64,000 nucleotides of DNA from Eledone cirrhosa (GCA_964016885.1 OZ024760.1:24676001-24740000), one strand, 5' to 3'; shown: positions 45,817 to 61,362, counted from the stretch's first letter. Notes: a model not told the origin generated them from the letters alone. Numbers and translations are program-made.

Positions 45817-46164
45817 TACACACACACACGCACACACGCGCATATATATATCATCTAACATATTAATGTGGGACACCACGTGACGTGACACACTCACAGC
45901 TTTGGATCATATAGTTTTAAACACAGACTGGGGCGTTGTCACCAATATTTCGGAGAATTTTGGAAAATATAATATATTGGTTCTCACATTACGCCGGAGC
46001 TAAATATGTCTTAACTACCGCAACCAGGATACGCCTAACATATACTAAAATTACCCAGGAGGAACAAACAACCGCAATTCTTCGAATTTACCATAAATAT
46101 TTTGGGTGTTGTTTTCTACTCTTTTACTCTTTTACCTTTTACATGGTTGAGGCTATGCTGGGGG

Positions 46165-46352
46165 AAGAGGGAGTTCGTTGCTACTGCCATTAGGTTACGT
46201 TCGTACAATTCTGTTTGGCTCATCCGGGATTTCCTGGATATCAGGCTGTCAAGATGTTTCTTGAAAACATCCACGTCCACACCACGCAGATCTCTGAAAT
46301 TTCTTGGCAGCTTGTTGAAGAGTTGAAGACCTTTGAGCCCCAGGCTATTATA
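46165..46352 (-). mobile_element. CR1-group LINE 3' fragment between two ~165-bp direct repeats (45950-46113, 46395-46562)
   Basis: KGLQLFNKLPRNFRDL..DVFKKHLD..IPDEP. Confidence 0.65.
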
Positions 46353-46866
46353 ATATCTGCTTCAATTTCGACCTTGTCGTCTTGAACACAAACATCTGGA
46401 AAAATTTGGGAAAATATAATATTCTCACATTACGCCCGAGCTAAAAATGTCTTCAATGCCGAAACCAAGACACGCCTAATATATATTAAAATTACCCAGG
46501 AGGAACATAAAAAACCCCCGAATGCCTTGGATTTACCATAAATATTTTAGGTGTAGTTTTCTTTGGAGATTTGGAATTTTTAAGATATATATTTATATAT
46601 ATATATATTGAGACAGCAGCACGAATTGTGCTGTGCACAAGCATGTACACAAACACTTACACACACGCAAACACAGACACATGTGTGCACACAGTTAAAA
46701 CAACAAAATCAGTTTAGGAAATATTTTATTCCAAAATTGTTTAAATATTTTAATAAAACACAAAACTGAAATAATATAAGAAGATTATTTAGGTAAGGAA
46801 AACATTATGTTAACGTAGGTAAATAAACAAAAATAAATCTCTATATATCAATATGGCACTGTTATA

Positions 46867-46931
<65 letters not shown>

Positions 46932-47065
46932 TATATATATATATCTATATATATAAATGTATGCATTATTTAGATAAATAAATATATATATATACATACA
47001 TATATATTTATATATTTATAGAATATGTATATAATATATATCTATATATTATGTATTTAAAACAT

Positions 47066-47163
<98 letters not shown>

Positions 47164-47256
47164 TATGCGATATTTAGATAAATATGTATATGTATATATA
47201 TATATATCTGACTATCTATCTGTCTATCTATCTATCTATCTATCTCACACACAGAA

Positions 47257-47338
<82 letters not shown>

Positions 47339-48048
47339 ATTAAAAACTTTTGATGTATTAAAGGCTTCTTTGTTTTACTCTCTTAATATATATATATATA
47401 GAGAGAGAGATAGATGTATATATTCATATAATATGTCTGCGATATTTAGATAAATATTTATATATATGTATATATATATGTATATATATATATATATATA
47501 TATACATATATATTAAATGCACACACACAGACACATATATATATATATAAATAAAAGAAAAATATAAAAATTATTATGAGCAAAAAGCACACAGCATTTC
47601 ATAATATATATATATATATATATATAAATAATTGTTTAACGTTTTGGAAATGCTATCATAGTATGAATATTTTTTAAATCTGAATTTATACGAACCTTAA
47701 AAATAAATATTTGTTTTAAAAAGGAAATAAAATACATGCGCGCACATCTAAATACACTGACGTTTACACACACACATGTACGCATGCGTACACACGTTTT
47801 ATAATCTAATAAATTGGATATATTAATGATTTTATCGATATTAATATTGTTCTTTTGTTTATTTATATTATTATTTTGAATGATACTAACATTTATTATT
47901 ATATACGTATGACTATATTGCAGGTGATTAAATAAAAAAAGTGAATACATACATGTATATATATATATTAAACACATACACACGCACTCACAGACACACA
48001 CACACAATATATATATATGTATTTATATATATATATAAATGTATGTAT

Positions 48049-48080
<32 letters not shown>

Positions 48081-48155
48081 TTATATATACGCGCACATAT
48101 ATATATACATATATACATTCATATATGAATACCAAATTGTAGGTCTCTAAATTGA

Positions 48156-48200
<45 letters not shown>

Positions 48201-48239
48201 TTATACATGTACACGAATTTATAGGGCTTTAAGTTGATC

Positions 48240-48377
<138 letters not shown>

Positions 48378-48384
48378 TATATAC

Positions 48385-48443
<59 letters not shown>

Positions 48444-48452
48444 TATATGTAT

Positions 48453-48490
<38 letters not shown>

Positions 48491-48538
48491 GTGTGTGTAC
48501 ATGTATACATGTATACGAATTTGTAGGTCTTTAAGTTA

Positions 48539-48577
<39 letters not shown>

Positions 48578-48614
48578 TCAATTTAGAGACCTACAATTGG
48601 GTATACATATATGA

Positions 48615-48649
<35 letters not shown>

Positions 48650-48921
48650 CATACGTGCGTGCGCGCGAACGCGCACGTGTGTGTGTGCGTGTTCAATAAA
48701 TATTATTGTACATAACCCTAGAATTTTCCTCCATAAATCACTAACTCAAGAATATTACAGATGAATGTTTTATTGGAGAATCTAAATATTATTTTTTCGA
48801 ATCGTTCGCTAAAACTTTACGTTGTTATAACCCTCCGTTTAAGCTTCGTTGAGCGCATATGTTCATTGCAGTCTAATGTTGCTACATTAGCAGCTTGTAA
48901 CCTACGTAGCGATACAGACCC

Positions 48922-49019
<98 letters not shown>

Positions 49020-49056
49020 TTTAAATACATATATAAATATATACCTAAAATATATA

Positions 49057-49238
49057 TAATTCTTTCTACTTTTGGCACAAGGCCAGCAACTACCCCAGTG
49101 TATTACTGGTACTTTATTTTATCGACCGCGTAAGGATGAAAGGCAAATTTAACCTCGGCGGGATTTGAACTCAGAATGGCAAGGGCCGTAACTCTATGCA
49201 TCACAGCATGGCGTCCGACCCTCTACCAATACTGCCAA
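49057..49238 (-). mobile_element. SINE family D
   Basis: Homology to 32382-32572. Confidence 0.85.
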
Positions 49239-49648
49239 ATAGCTACAAATCATACAAGTGTTTCTAGTCATTTGCATGTATGTATGTTTGTATGTTTCTA
49301 TGTATGTATGTATGTGTGTGTGTGTATGTATCTATGTATGTATTTGAATATGTGTGTGTGTATGTATGTATGTATTTGTATGTATGTATGTATGTATGTA
49401 TGTATGTATGTATGTATGTACGTATTTATGTGCATGCGTGTGTGTATGTATGTATGGTTTTTTATGTATGTATGTATTTATGTATGTATGTATGTGTGTA
49501 TGTATGTATTTATGTATGTATGTGTGTATGTATGTATGGTTTTTTATGTATGTATGTATTTATGTATGTATGTATGTGTGTATGTATGTATGTACATAGT
49601 TGTATGTATTTATGTATGTATGTGTGTATGTATGTATGTATATATTAT

Positions 49649-50251
49649 GTCAGGTCACCACTTGGTGCTACTGGTAACATGTATCCCAGTACAACCTGTC
49701 TCATGGTCGGGTCGTTGGCGACTAAACTGGCAACCCCACCAAGGTTTCTCGGTGAGGAGAGTGACTTTGGACATCCTGCAGGACTAAAAACAAAACCTGT
49801 CAAAGGGCAAAGGAGCTCTTAAGGGTCAATGGCCATCCAAAATCACCGGGAGAGATGACCCCTTAGCCTTTGTCAAGGCAGAATTCTAGGAGAAGGAAAA
49901 CTCTGATATAACACCCGCAACCCTGATGGTATCCAATGATGTTGACTTGTTCTTCTTTTTGGTAAATATCATCTTGGTTAAGAGAGTTGGACTGGCTTTG
50001 TGCAGTGCCTTTGCTCACTATAAAAGCTTCACGGCACAGGTATTGATATATATCTGGAGATCTCTCTGCACTTGTTGTCACATGGTACCATGGGCCCAGC
50101 ACTATGTGTCAATAATTGTCACAAGTGTAGTGTTTGTACCAGAGTTTTCAAGTCGCTGGCTGGACTAAAATGTCACACTCGTATCGGTAGGGTTTCTCCT
50201 ACATGGATATAAAGTAGTGGCCGTACTCGAAAACGAGTTGGCAGCCGCCAT
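49649..50251 (+). mobile_element. Full-length non-autonomous element C2 (~600 bp)
   Basis: Both ends in (TATG)n-like tracts; ctaggagaaggaaaactctga core; terminal hairpin ctcg-aaaa-cgag. Confidence 0.8.
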
Positions 50252-50285
50252 ATGTATATGTATATGTATGTATGTATCTATTTTT

Positions 50286-51133
50286 GTATGTATGTATATA
50301 TGTATGTTCTTCTGGTTTTATAATTTCCCAAATTTTTTCCCAATAGAGAGAGAGTCGGTTTCTAAAATAGACACAAGACTCTCACATTAGAATTTACACA
50401 ACATCAACTAGGTAGATATGTATGTATGCATGTATGTGTAGATATGGATGTTATTGTATGTGTGGATGTGTATGTTTTGATTTGTATGTGTGCATGTGTA
50501 TATGCTTTGTATCTGTACATGTGTATATGCAGTTATTAGATGCAACATTTTTGGAATATTTTACATATTTTTACTGTTCCATTAATGGATTGTACTTGTA
50601 ATTTCCTAACTAGTTGTGTTCTTTCTGTTCCTGTGAAGCCTAGCTTCTCAAGATTTGTATTGAGGCAGTTACTAACATACTCCAGTACCCCAATAATCAC
50701 AGGCATAAGTCTGAAGGTGTAATCAGGGTGGAATATCTGCAGATTTCTCAGCAGTTATGCATAAATTATCTCCTTTTCACTAATCTTTGATATTATATTG
50801 GCATCTGCTGGGCAGCTAACTTCCACTACTGTGCATGCCTTCTTTTCCCTGTCCCATATCATAACATCTGGTCTGTCATGCCTGCATTTTATCGGGCTTT
50901 TTACTGGAACATTCTACCAGTTCTCTTTCATATTATGTACATGGATGTCTTCCACATTGTTGTAGCTTTTAATGTGTTTATTATCGGGGCTATCTTTTTT
51001 ACGAACTGCATTGCACAGTATTTTGGCCACTACATCATGCCTCATAGGTAGATAGTACCCCGATGACATCTTTGGACAGCTGCTGATGACATGGGTAATA
51101 TCCTCGATGTTATTTCTGCAGAGTCTGCACTTG
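50286..51133 (-). mobile_element. 5'-truncated RLE LINE family 2 (CCHC + RLE)
   Basis: KCRLCRNNIEDITHVISSC..MRHDVVA..DRPDVMIWD..VEVSCP; (TATG)n at both ends. Confidence 0.9.
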
Positions 51134-51216
51134 TATGTATGTATGTATGTATGTATGTATGTATGTATGTATGTATGTATGTATGTATGTATGTATGTAT
51201 GTACCTGTGTATGTAT

Positions 51217-51507
51217 GTTCTTCTGGTTTTATAATTTCACAAATTTTTCCAAATAGAGAGAGAGTCGGTTTCTAACATAGACACAAGACTCTCTCATTGG
51301 AACTTACACAACATCAACTAGGTAGATATGTATGTATGTCTGCATGTGTAGATATGGATGTTATTGTATGTGTGGATGTGGATGTTTTGAGTTGTATGTG
51401 TGCATGTGTATATGCTTTATATCTGTACAAGTCAAAATGCAGTTAAAATGTTTTACATATTTTTAATGTTCCATTAATGGATTGTACTTGTAATTTACTA
51501 ACTAGTC
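51217..51507 (-). mobile_element. Short 3' fragment of RLE LINE family 2
   Basis: LVSKLQVQSINGTLKICKTF plus the shared 3' UTR. Confidence 0.85.
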
Positions 51508-51653
51508 TTATGTATGCATGTATGTATATATGTATGAATATGTGTATGTGTGTATGTAAGTATGTATGTGTGTATGTATCTATGTATGTGGGTATGTATA
51601 TATAATGAACACACACACAGATACACGCATAATCACACATACAAACATGCACA

Positions 51654-51751
<98 letters not shown>

Positions 51752-51779
51752 ATATATATAGAGGTAGAACACTGAAAGT

Positions 51780-51813
<34 letters not shown>

Positions 51814-52260
51814 GAGGTAGAACACTGGAAGTTATATATATATATATATATATATATAAGCATATATATATATATATATATACATTAGCAACTTACAGGC
51901 ACACTTTTTAAATATAGAATTATCTTTTACAGGACAAGAACACTTTCATTCGTATGCAGTAATGAGGAATGAAACATGCCTAGTCCTGTAGATACGATCC
52001 GCACACACACACACACACACGCGCACACACTTATATATATATACATATATATATGTATATACCAGGTTGCATATATTTTTGTACGTATGCATCTACCAAC
52101 CATCTGATTGTCAACCTACATAGATATATATATCTACTTGTTAGCATATGTATATATATATATACACATATATACATATATATACATATATATATATGTG
52201 TGTGTTTACTGTACATATAATAAACATACACATAATATATATATGTATGTACACACACAG

Positions 52261-52301
<41 letters not shown>

Positions 52302-52393
52302 CATATATATATACATATATATATACATATATATATACATATACATATACATAATACATACACACACACATACACATATATATATACATATAT

Positions 52394-52446
<53 letters not shown>

Positions 52447-52513
52447 CATAATACATACACACACACACATGCACACACACACACACACATATATATATAT
52501 AAATATATATATT

Positions 52514-52755
<242 letters not shown>

Positions 52756-52825
52756 CACACACATATATATATATATTATGGAACACTGTCGGCGTTTTGC
52801 TAAAATGTTTTCTATACCTTTCATT

Positions 52826-52917
<92 letters not shown>

Positions 52918-53194
52918 GTCATCAGCTACAGATATATTATTTTTAATTTTATAACTTTTCATATACCAGATATTTATATAATTTTTAGTGAAAGTCAACA
53001 CAGTATAAATTTTTTCCTAATTTTTCTTTTTCAACTCATTCCATTTTCCTAATTAAATTACATTTTTTCTCCTGAATAATTTCTCTATGATTCATCTGAT
53101 ATTTACAAGTTGAGAACTGTCTCCTCTCTATATATAGCATTAATAATTTGGACGGTGATTTGGAGATTTTTGGTGTAGTTTTAATAGACATAGC

Positions 53195-54850
53195 TGGTGT
53201 ACTAGTTGTGGTGGTGGAGGTGGTGGTGGTGGTGGTTGGGAGGGTGGGGTGTTTGTGGTGATATTGGTGGTGAAGGTGGTGTACCAGTTGTGTTGGTGGT
53301 GGTTGTTGGTGGTGGTTGTTGGTGGTGGTGGTGGTGTGGTGTTGGTGGTGGCGGTGTACTAGTTGTGGTGGTGGGGTTATTTGTGGTGATATTGGTGGTG
53401 ATGGTGGTGTACCAGTTGTGGTGTACCAGTTGTGGTGGTGGTGGTGGCGCCGGTGGTGTTGGTGTTGGTGGTGGTGGTGGGGGTGTCTGTGGTAATATTG
53501 GTGGTGAAGGTGGTGTACCAGTTGTGGTGGTGGTGTTGTTTGTGATGATATTGGTGGTGGCGCTGGTGGTGTTGTTTGTGGTGATATTGGTGGTGGTTGT
53601 GGTGTCGGTGGTGATTATGGTGGTGTTGTTGGTGGTGTTGGTGGTTGTATTGGTAGTGGTGTTGATGGTGGTGGCGTTGGTAGTGGTGGTGGTGGTGGTA
53701 TTGGTGGTGGTGTTGGTGGTGGTGTTGATGGTTGTATTGGTAGTGGTGTTGATGGTGGTGGCGTTGGTAGTGGTGGTGTTGGTGGTGGCATTGGTGGTGG
53801 TGTTGTTGGTGGTGTTGGTGGTTGTATTGGTAGTGGTGTTGATGGTGGTGGCGTTGGTAATTGTGGTGGTGGTGGTATTGGTGGTGGTGTTGGTGGTGGT
53901 GTTGGTGGTTGTATTGGTAGTGGTGTTGATGGTGGTGGCGTTGGTAGAGGTGTTGGTGGTGGTGGTGGTGGTGGTATTGGTGGTGGTGTTGGTGGTAGTG
54001 TTGGCGGCTGTATTGGTAGTGGGGTTGATGGTAGTGGTGGTGTTGTCTGTGGTGATATTTGTGGTGGTGCTGGTGCTGGTGATTGTATTGGTGGTAGTGT
54101 TGGTGGTGGTGTTGGTGGTTGTATTGGTAGTGGTGTTTGTGGTGTTGGTGGTGTTGGTGGTGGTTCTGGTGGTGGTATCGGTGGTGGTGTTGGTGGTAGT
54201 AATGTGTAGTGTAGTTGGTGGTGGTGTTGTTGGTGGTATTGGTGGTGGTGTTGGTGGTAGTAATGTGTAGTGGTGTTGCTGGTTGTGTTGGTAGTGGTGT
54301 TGTTGGCGGTGTTGGTGGTTGTACTGATGGTGGTTTTGGTGGTGGTTTGGTGGTTGTGCAGGTGGCGGTGATGGTGGTGGTTGTGATAATAATGGTCATA
54401 TTAGTGGTGGTATTAGTGGTGGTATTGGTGGTGGTATTTGTGGTTGTGTTGGTAGCATTTGGTAGTGGTGTTGGTGCTGATGGTGGTGTTTGTGTTGATG
54501 GTTGTATTGGTGGTGGTGCTAGTGGTGATGGGGTGGTTATGGTGTTGCTGGTGATGGTATTGGTGGCGGTAGTGGTGGTGGTGTTGGTGGTAGTGTTTGG
54601 TGTGGTGGTGGTATTGGTTGTGGTATTAATCGGGGTATTGATGGTGCTGCAAGAGGTGGTGTTAGTGGTTATGGTGTTGCTGGTGTTTGTAGTAGTTGGT
54701 AGTGGTGTTGGTGGTAGTTGGTAATGTTGATTGTGGTGGTAGTAGTCGATACTAGTTATGGTGGCATTGGTGCTAGTGTTGTTGTTGCTGGTATTGTGGT
54801 GGTACTGGTGGCGGTAGTGTTGGTATTAGTGGTGGTATTGTGGGTGGTAG
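53195..54850. repeat. Cryptic (GGT/GTT)n low-complexity array
   Basis: Direct reading; internal duplications of gttgtattggtagtggtgttgatggtggtggcgttgg. Confidence 0.85.
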
Positions 54851-54993
54851 CTTATGGTCATAAATCTTCACAGAATGAGGTAAATTATTTAGTTTGCCTT
54901 AAAATACATCTACTATGAAGTACCACAATACTGCACCTGTCAGTCCTTATTGTGTATGAATTAGTAGAGGCATGCAAACCATTTTTCTTTCGA

Positions 54994-57900
54994 AGGGTTT
55001 AACCCTTTAGCAGTTATATTACTCTATATTTACTATTGTATTCTTGTGGTAAAGGCTTTACCTCACTTATTTATCCCACATAATATGGAATCTATGAGAT
55101 TTTAGGGTTTAACCCTTTAGCATTTATATTACTCTATATTTACTATTGTATTCTTCTGGTAAATGCTTTACCTCACTTAATTATCCCACATAATATGGAA
55201 TCTATGAGATTTTAGGGTTTAACCCTTTAGCATTTATATTACTCTATATTTACTATTGTATTCTTGTGGTAAAGGCTTTACCTCACTTATTTATCCCACA
55301 TAATATGGAATCTATGAGATTTTAGGGTTTAACCCTTTAGCATTTATATTACTCTATATTTACTATTGTATTCTTGTGGTAAAGGCTTTACCTCACTTAA
55401 TTATCCCACATAATATGGAATCTATGAGATTTTAGGGTTTAACCCTTTAGCATTTATATTACTCTATATTTACTATTGTATTCTTGTGGTCAAGGCTTTA
55501 CCTCACTTATTTATCCCATATAATATGGAATCTATGAGATTTTAGGGTTTAACCCTTTAGCATTTATATTACTCTATATTTACTATTGTATTCTTGTGGT
55601 AAAGGCTTTACCTCACTTAATTATCTCACATAATATGGAATCTATGAGATTTTAGGGTTTAACCCTTTAGCATTTATATTACTCTATATTTACTATTGTA
55701 TTCTTGTGGTAAAGGCTTTACCTCACTTAATTATCTCACATAATATGGAATCTATGAGATTTTAGGGTTTAACCCTTTAGCATTTATATTACTCTATATT
55801 TACTATTGTATTCTTGTGGTAAAGGCTTTACCTCACTTATTTATCCCACATAATATGGAATCTATGAGATTTTAGGGTTTAACCCTTTAGCATTTATATT
55901 ACTCTATATTTACTATTGTATTCTTGTGGTAAAGGCTTTACCTCACTTAATTATACCAGATAATATGGAATCTATGAGATTTTAGGGTTTAACCCTTTAG
56001 CATTTATATTACTCTATATTTACTATTGTATTCTTGTGGTAAAGGCTTTACCTCACTTAATTATCCCACATAATATGGAATCTATGAGATTTTAGGGTTT
56101 AACCCGTTAGCATTTATATTACTCTATATTTACTATTGTATTCTTGTGGTAAAGGCTTTACCTCACTTATTTATCCCACATAATATGGAATCTATGGGAT
56201 TTTAGGGTTTAACCCTTTAGCATTTATATTACTCTATATTTACTATTGTATTCTTGTGGTAAAGGCTTTACCTCACTTAATTATCCCAGATAATATGGAA
56301 TCTATGAGATTTTAGGGTTTAACCCTTTAGCATTTATATTACTCTATATTTACTATTGTATTTTGTGGTCAAGGCTTTACCTCACTTAATTATCCCACAT
56401 AATATGGAATCTATGAGATTTTAGGGTTTAACCCTTTAGCATTTATATTACTCTATATTTACTATTGTATTCTTGTGGTAAAGGCTTTACCTCACTTAAT
56501 TATCTCACATAATATGGAATCTATGAGATTTTAGGGTTTAACCCTTTAGCATTTATATTACTCTATATTTACTATTGTATTCTTGTGGTAAAGGCTTTAC
56601 CTCACTTAATTATCTCACATAATATGGAATCTATGAGATTTTAGGGTTTAACCCTTTAGCATTTATATTACTCTATATTTACTATTGTATTCTTGTGGTA
56701 AAGGCTTTACCTCACTTATTTATCCCACATAATATGGAATCTATGAGATTTTAGTGTTTAACCCTTTAGCATTTATATTACTCTATATTTACTATTGTAT
56801 TCTTGTGGTAAAGGCTTTACCTCACTTATTTATCCCACATAATATGGAATCTATGGGATTTTAGGGTTTAACCCTTTAGCATTTATATTACTCTATATTT
56901 ACTATTGTATTCTTGTGGTAAAGGCTTTACCTCACTTAATTATCCCAGATAATATGGAATCTATGAGATTTTAGGGTTTAACCCTTTAGCATTTATATTA
57001 CTCTATATTTACTATTGTATTTTGTGGTCAAGGCTTTACCTCACTTAATTATCCCACATAATATGGAATCTATGAGATTTTAGGGTTTAACCCTTTAGCA
57101 TTTATATTACTCTATATTTACTATTGTATTCTTGTGGTAAAGGCTTTACCTCACTTAATTATACCAGATAATATGGAATCTATGAGATTTTAGGGTTTAA
57201 CCCTTTAGCATTTATATTACTCTATATTTACTATTGTATTCTTGTGGTAAAGGCTTTACCTCACTTAATTATCCCACATAATATGGAATCTATGAGATTT
57301 TAGGGTTTAACCCTTTAGCATTTATATTACTCTATATTTACTATTGTATTCTTGTGGTAAAGGCTTTACCTCACTTATTTATCCCACATAATATGGAATC
57401 TATGGGATTTTAGGGTTTAACGCTTTAGCATTTATATTACTCTATATTTACTATTGTATTCTTGTGGTCAAGGCTTTACCTCACTTAATTATCCCAGATA
57501 ATATGGAATCTATGAGATTTTAGTGTTTAACCCTTTAGCATTTATATTACTCTATATTTTCTATTGTATTCTTGTGGTAAAGGCTTTACCTCACTTAATT
57601 ATCCCAGATAATATGGAATCTATGAGATTTTAGGGTTTAACCCTTTAGCATTTATATTACTCTATATTTACTATTGTATTCTTGTGGTCAAGGCTTTACC
57701 TCACTTAATTATCCCACATAATATGGAATCTATGAGATTTTAGTGTTTAACCCTTTAGCATTTATATTACTCTATATTTTCTATTGTATTCTTGTGGTAA
57801 AGGCTTTACCTCACTTAATTATCCCAGATAATATGGAATCTATGAGATTTTAGGGTTTAACCCTTTAGCATTTATATTACTCTATATTTACTATTGTATT

Positions 57901-58180
57901 CTTGTGGTCAAGGCTTTACCTCACTTAATTATCCCAGATAATATGGAATCTATGGGATTTTAGGGTTTAACCCTTTAGCATTTATATTACTCTATATTTA
58001 CTATTGTATTTTGTGGTCAAGGCTTTACCTCACTTAATTATCCCAGATAATATGGAATCTATGAGATTTTAGGGTTTAACCCTTTAGCATTTATATTACT
58101 CTATATTTACTATTGTATTTTGTGGTCAAGGCTTTACCTCACTTAATTATCCCACATAATATGGAATCTATGAGATTTTA
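54994..58180 (+). repeat. 110-bp satellite, 29 copies, derived from a MITE left end plus flank
   Basis: TTAA anchors from 54999 to 58076 = 28 intervals (three of 109 bp). Confidence 0.95.
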
Positions 58181-58304
58181 ATATTATTTATTTTCAGAAC
58201 AATACCTATAGTCGGTATGAGTGGCCAGTTAAGGCAAGGGTTGCACAGAAAGAGGTGAGAGAATTCTGGCCCGGATGTGGCCGGTTTAAATGCTAAACAG
58301 TTAA
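58076..58304 (+). mobile_element. ~220-bp TTAA-flanked MITE (piggyBac-like)
   Basis: TTAA-ccctttagcattt ... aaatgctaaacag-TTAA imperfect TIRs. Confidence 0.7.
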
Positions 58305-58928
58305 AGTTTCCATACATTAGGTGGTCAGACACAGACACCACTTCAACCAATTTGCCCTTAACCAGAAAATCCGATTAAAATGTCACAGCATGACAACCGG
58401 CAGGAAAGAAAGCTGTTCCATCACTGAGCAGGTACTTACAATTATCGAAACACCTTGGTTATAAGTTTTAGAAAGCATAAGGGGCAAAATAGCATGGGTT
58501 TGTTTTAAACCCAGAAAGCAGAGGAGCGGAACAATTATTCAACAAATTAAATGATTCTGCTAAATCGACCAAAATACGAAGAAGTAATATCAATATAACC
58601 AACAGAAATACAATATAAGTAAGATGGAAATGGAAATATTTATATATAACCTGCGATAAATTTAATGTATCTCTGAAAACTATAATAACCGAACACACTA
58701 GCTTGTCTTCTCACATATATTCCAATTTAGGATAAGAGGATTTAGTGCGATGAAAACTACAACTTTTCTAAAGCGATTATTTTTCCTTTGGTTTTGAGTT
58801 TTTGCTTTTAGCTTCTGCTTTAGCTTCGTGATGTAATTTCCATTAATACAGAGAACAGAGTCTAACTCGACGATTTCCTGTATTACTTGACGCCGGAAAG
58901 CTGGAAAATTAGAGATGATAAAGTTATG

Positions 58929-59157
<229 letters not shown>

Positions 59158-59160
59158 TAC

Positions 59161-59191
<31 letters not shown>

Positions 59192-59192
59192 C

Positions 59193-59253
<61 letters not shown>

Positions 59254-59256
59254 TAC

Positions 59257-59287
<31 letters not shown>

Positions 59288-59288
59288 C

Positions 59289-59375
<87 letters not shown>

Positions 59376-59414
59376 TATACATATATATATATACATACAT
59401 ATATATATATATAC

Positions 59415-59462
<48 letters not shown>

Positions 59463-59463
<1 letters not shown>

Positions 59464-59894
59464 TATTGTTCAGAATATCAATAAATGAAGGCATTCACAT
59501 AATCAAAATATATGTTTTATTATATATATTTCGAAGGTACTGTGGTGTTTTTTCAGTACGTCTTCCTCAGATAAAATACTTGAATTGATGTATGACATAC
59601 CTCAACGGTCTTGATGGTTCAATTCCAGTATTGGCAGCCAATACTGGAATTGAACCATCAAGATCATTGAGGAATCTCATACATCAATTCAAGTATTTTA
59701 TCTGACGAGGACGTACTGAAAAAACACCACAGTACCTTCGAAATATATATAATAAAACATATATTTTGATTATGTGAATGTCTTCATTTATTGATATTCT
59801 GAACAATAACTCCAGAAAACTTTATTGTAGAGTGCTTTTAATCTATTGTAAAACTATATTCATTGAGTAATCAATGAACCATATTAATCTTTGG

Positions 59895-59898
<4 letters not shown>
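59463..59898. mobile_element. Fold-back PLE pLTR with two hammerheads (59516-59575 minus, 59697-59756 plus)
   Basis: ~170-bp arms centred on 59636; tttat-CTGACGA-..gtactg..cagtac..-GAAA-tatata-TA-ataaa; the right arm is ~90 bp longer. Confidence 0.8.
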
Positions 59899-59944
<46 letters not shown>

Positions 59945-60169
59945 CGAGTAAGTATGTTCTGAAACAGGTTTGAAATTAGAAAATAGAATAGCTTTCACCG
60001 TAGTTTTGACTAAAGAAATTTTAGCATGATAATGGGGTTTAGAACCCTCGGATAAATGGAAAAAAGATGAGTATTGATGTACATATATATATATATATTC
60101 AGAACATTATCAGAAGATTAAAAATATTTCGACAACGACGGTCGGTTATTAGTATAGGACCATTCTTTA

Positions 60170-60530
60170 TGTCATATTTGTCACCACATTTAATCTGGAA
60201 GGTGGAGTAAACCACCGAATATTCCTCCATTCACGAATATTTCACTTATTTATGTTTCGTTTGTGTGATTTTTGCCTATGCATCGTAATTGTTACTGCGA
60301 ACACCAAGCTCTTTCATGGCTTCAATGTAGAAGTTTTCTTTTCACTGAAATAGGTTTTTGCTTAAGGACACAAAAGATATCTTTCAAATGTTACTGACAA
60401 CTCGTATCATTGATGGAGGTTTGTTCGTTATAATGATTGTTTATATATTGTTGAATATAGTTTGTTTTTCTGTAAGGATGGAGTTGTTTGCCTGCTGTTC
60501 GATTCAGCCTAAGATCTTGCAGATTTTCTA
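60170..60530 (-). pseudogene. Degenerate Naiad-like PLE RT C-terminal/thumb fragment
   Basis: Frameshifted motifs LHPYRKTNYIQQYIN, FYIEAMKELG and RNIRWFTPP..NVVTN, resembling PYRKPN / WFNPP. Confidence 0.6.
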
Positions 60531-60591
60531 CGTGTAAGTTGGATACGATGATTAATTTGAAATAGAAATTCTATACATATGTGTAAAATAT

Positions 60592-60818
60592 TGGTTTCTT
60601 ATATAGGCACAAGGCCAGAAATTTTTTTGGGGTAGGGGGAAAGTCGATTAAATCGACCCCAGTGCGTGACTGGTACTTTATTTATTTTATCGACCCCGGT
60701 AAGGATGAAACGCAAAGTTAACCTCAACAGGATTTGAACTCAGGTCATAAAGGGCCGTAACTCTATGATGCAAAGCATTGCGTCCAACCCTCTACCCGAT
60801 ACTGCCAATCCACCGCCC
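60592..60818 (-). mobile_element. SINE family D (longer variant)
   Basis: Homology to the other D copies. Confidence 0.85.
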
Positions 60819-61047
60819 TAGAGAGGTGTCAAATATTGCATACACAAGCACTCATAAACGCAAACACGAACATACATAAACATGTACAGATGTATCTGTT
60901 TATAAATATATACTCATAGATATACATACACTTATAAAATCATACATATCTATATACCTGCGTCTATATACATATACATACTCACAGAAGTACACACGCA
61001 CTCACACTCACACACACACACACACACACACATACACGCACACACAT

Positions 61048-61147
<100 letters not shown>

Positions 61148-61276
61148 CGTTTAGACAGCTTTACAAAACGTAATGTTATAACTCTAAGGTAAAATAACTT
61201 ATTGAGTGCTTAGCTGCACATCCCGATTGCATCGTTAGCTTAGCTGCAGCCAGAGCTTCGATTATGCTGTACTTCC

Positions 61277-61362
<86 letters not shown>

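Noticed and set aside
54994-58180. CRISPR array or telomeric array
   Set aside because: No unique spacers; only one TTAGGG per unit, created by the unit junction
58560-58740. Possible GIY-YIG remnant (LKTIITEH..SHI)
   Set aside because: Similarity too weak to support by eye
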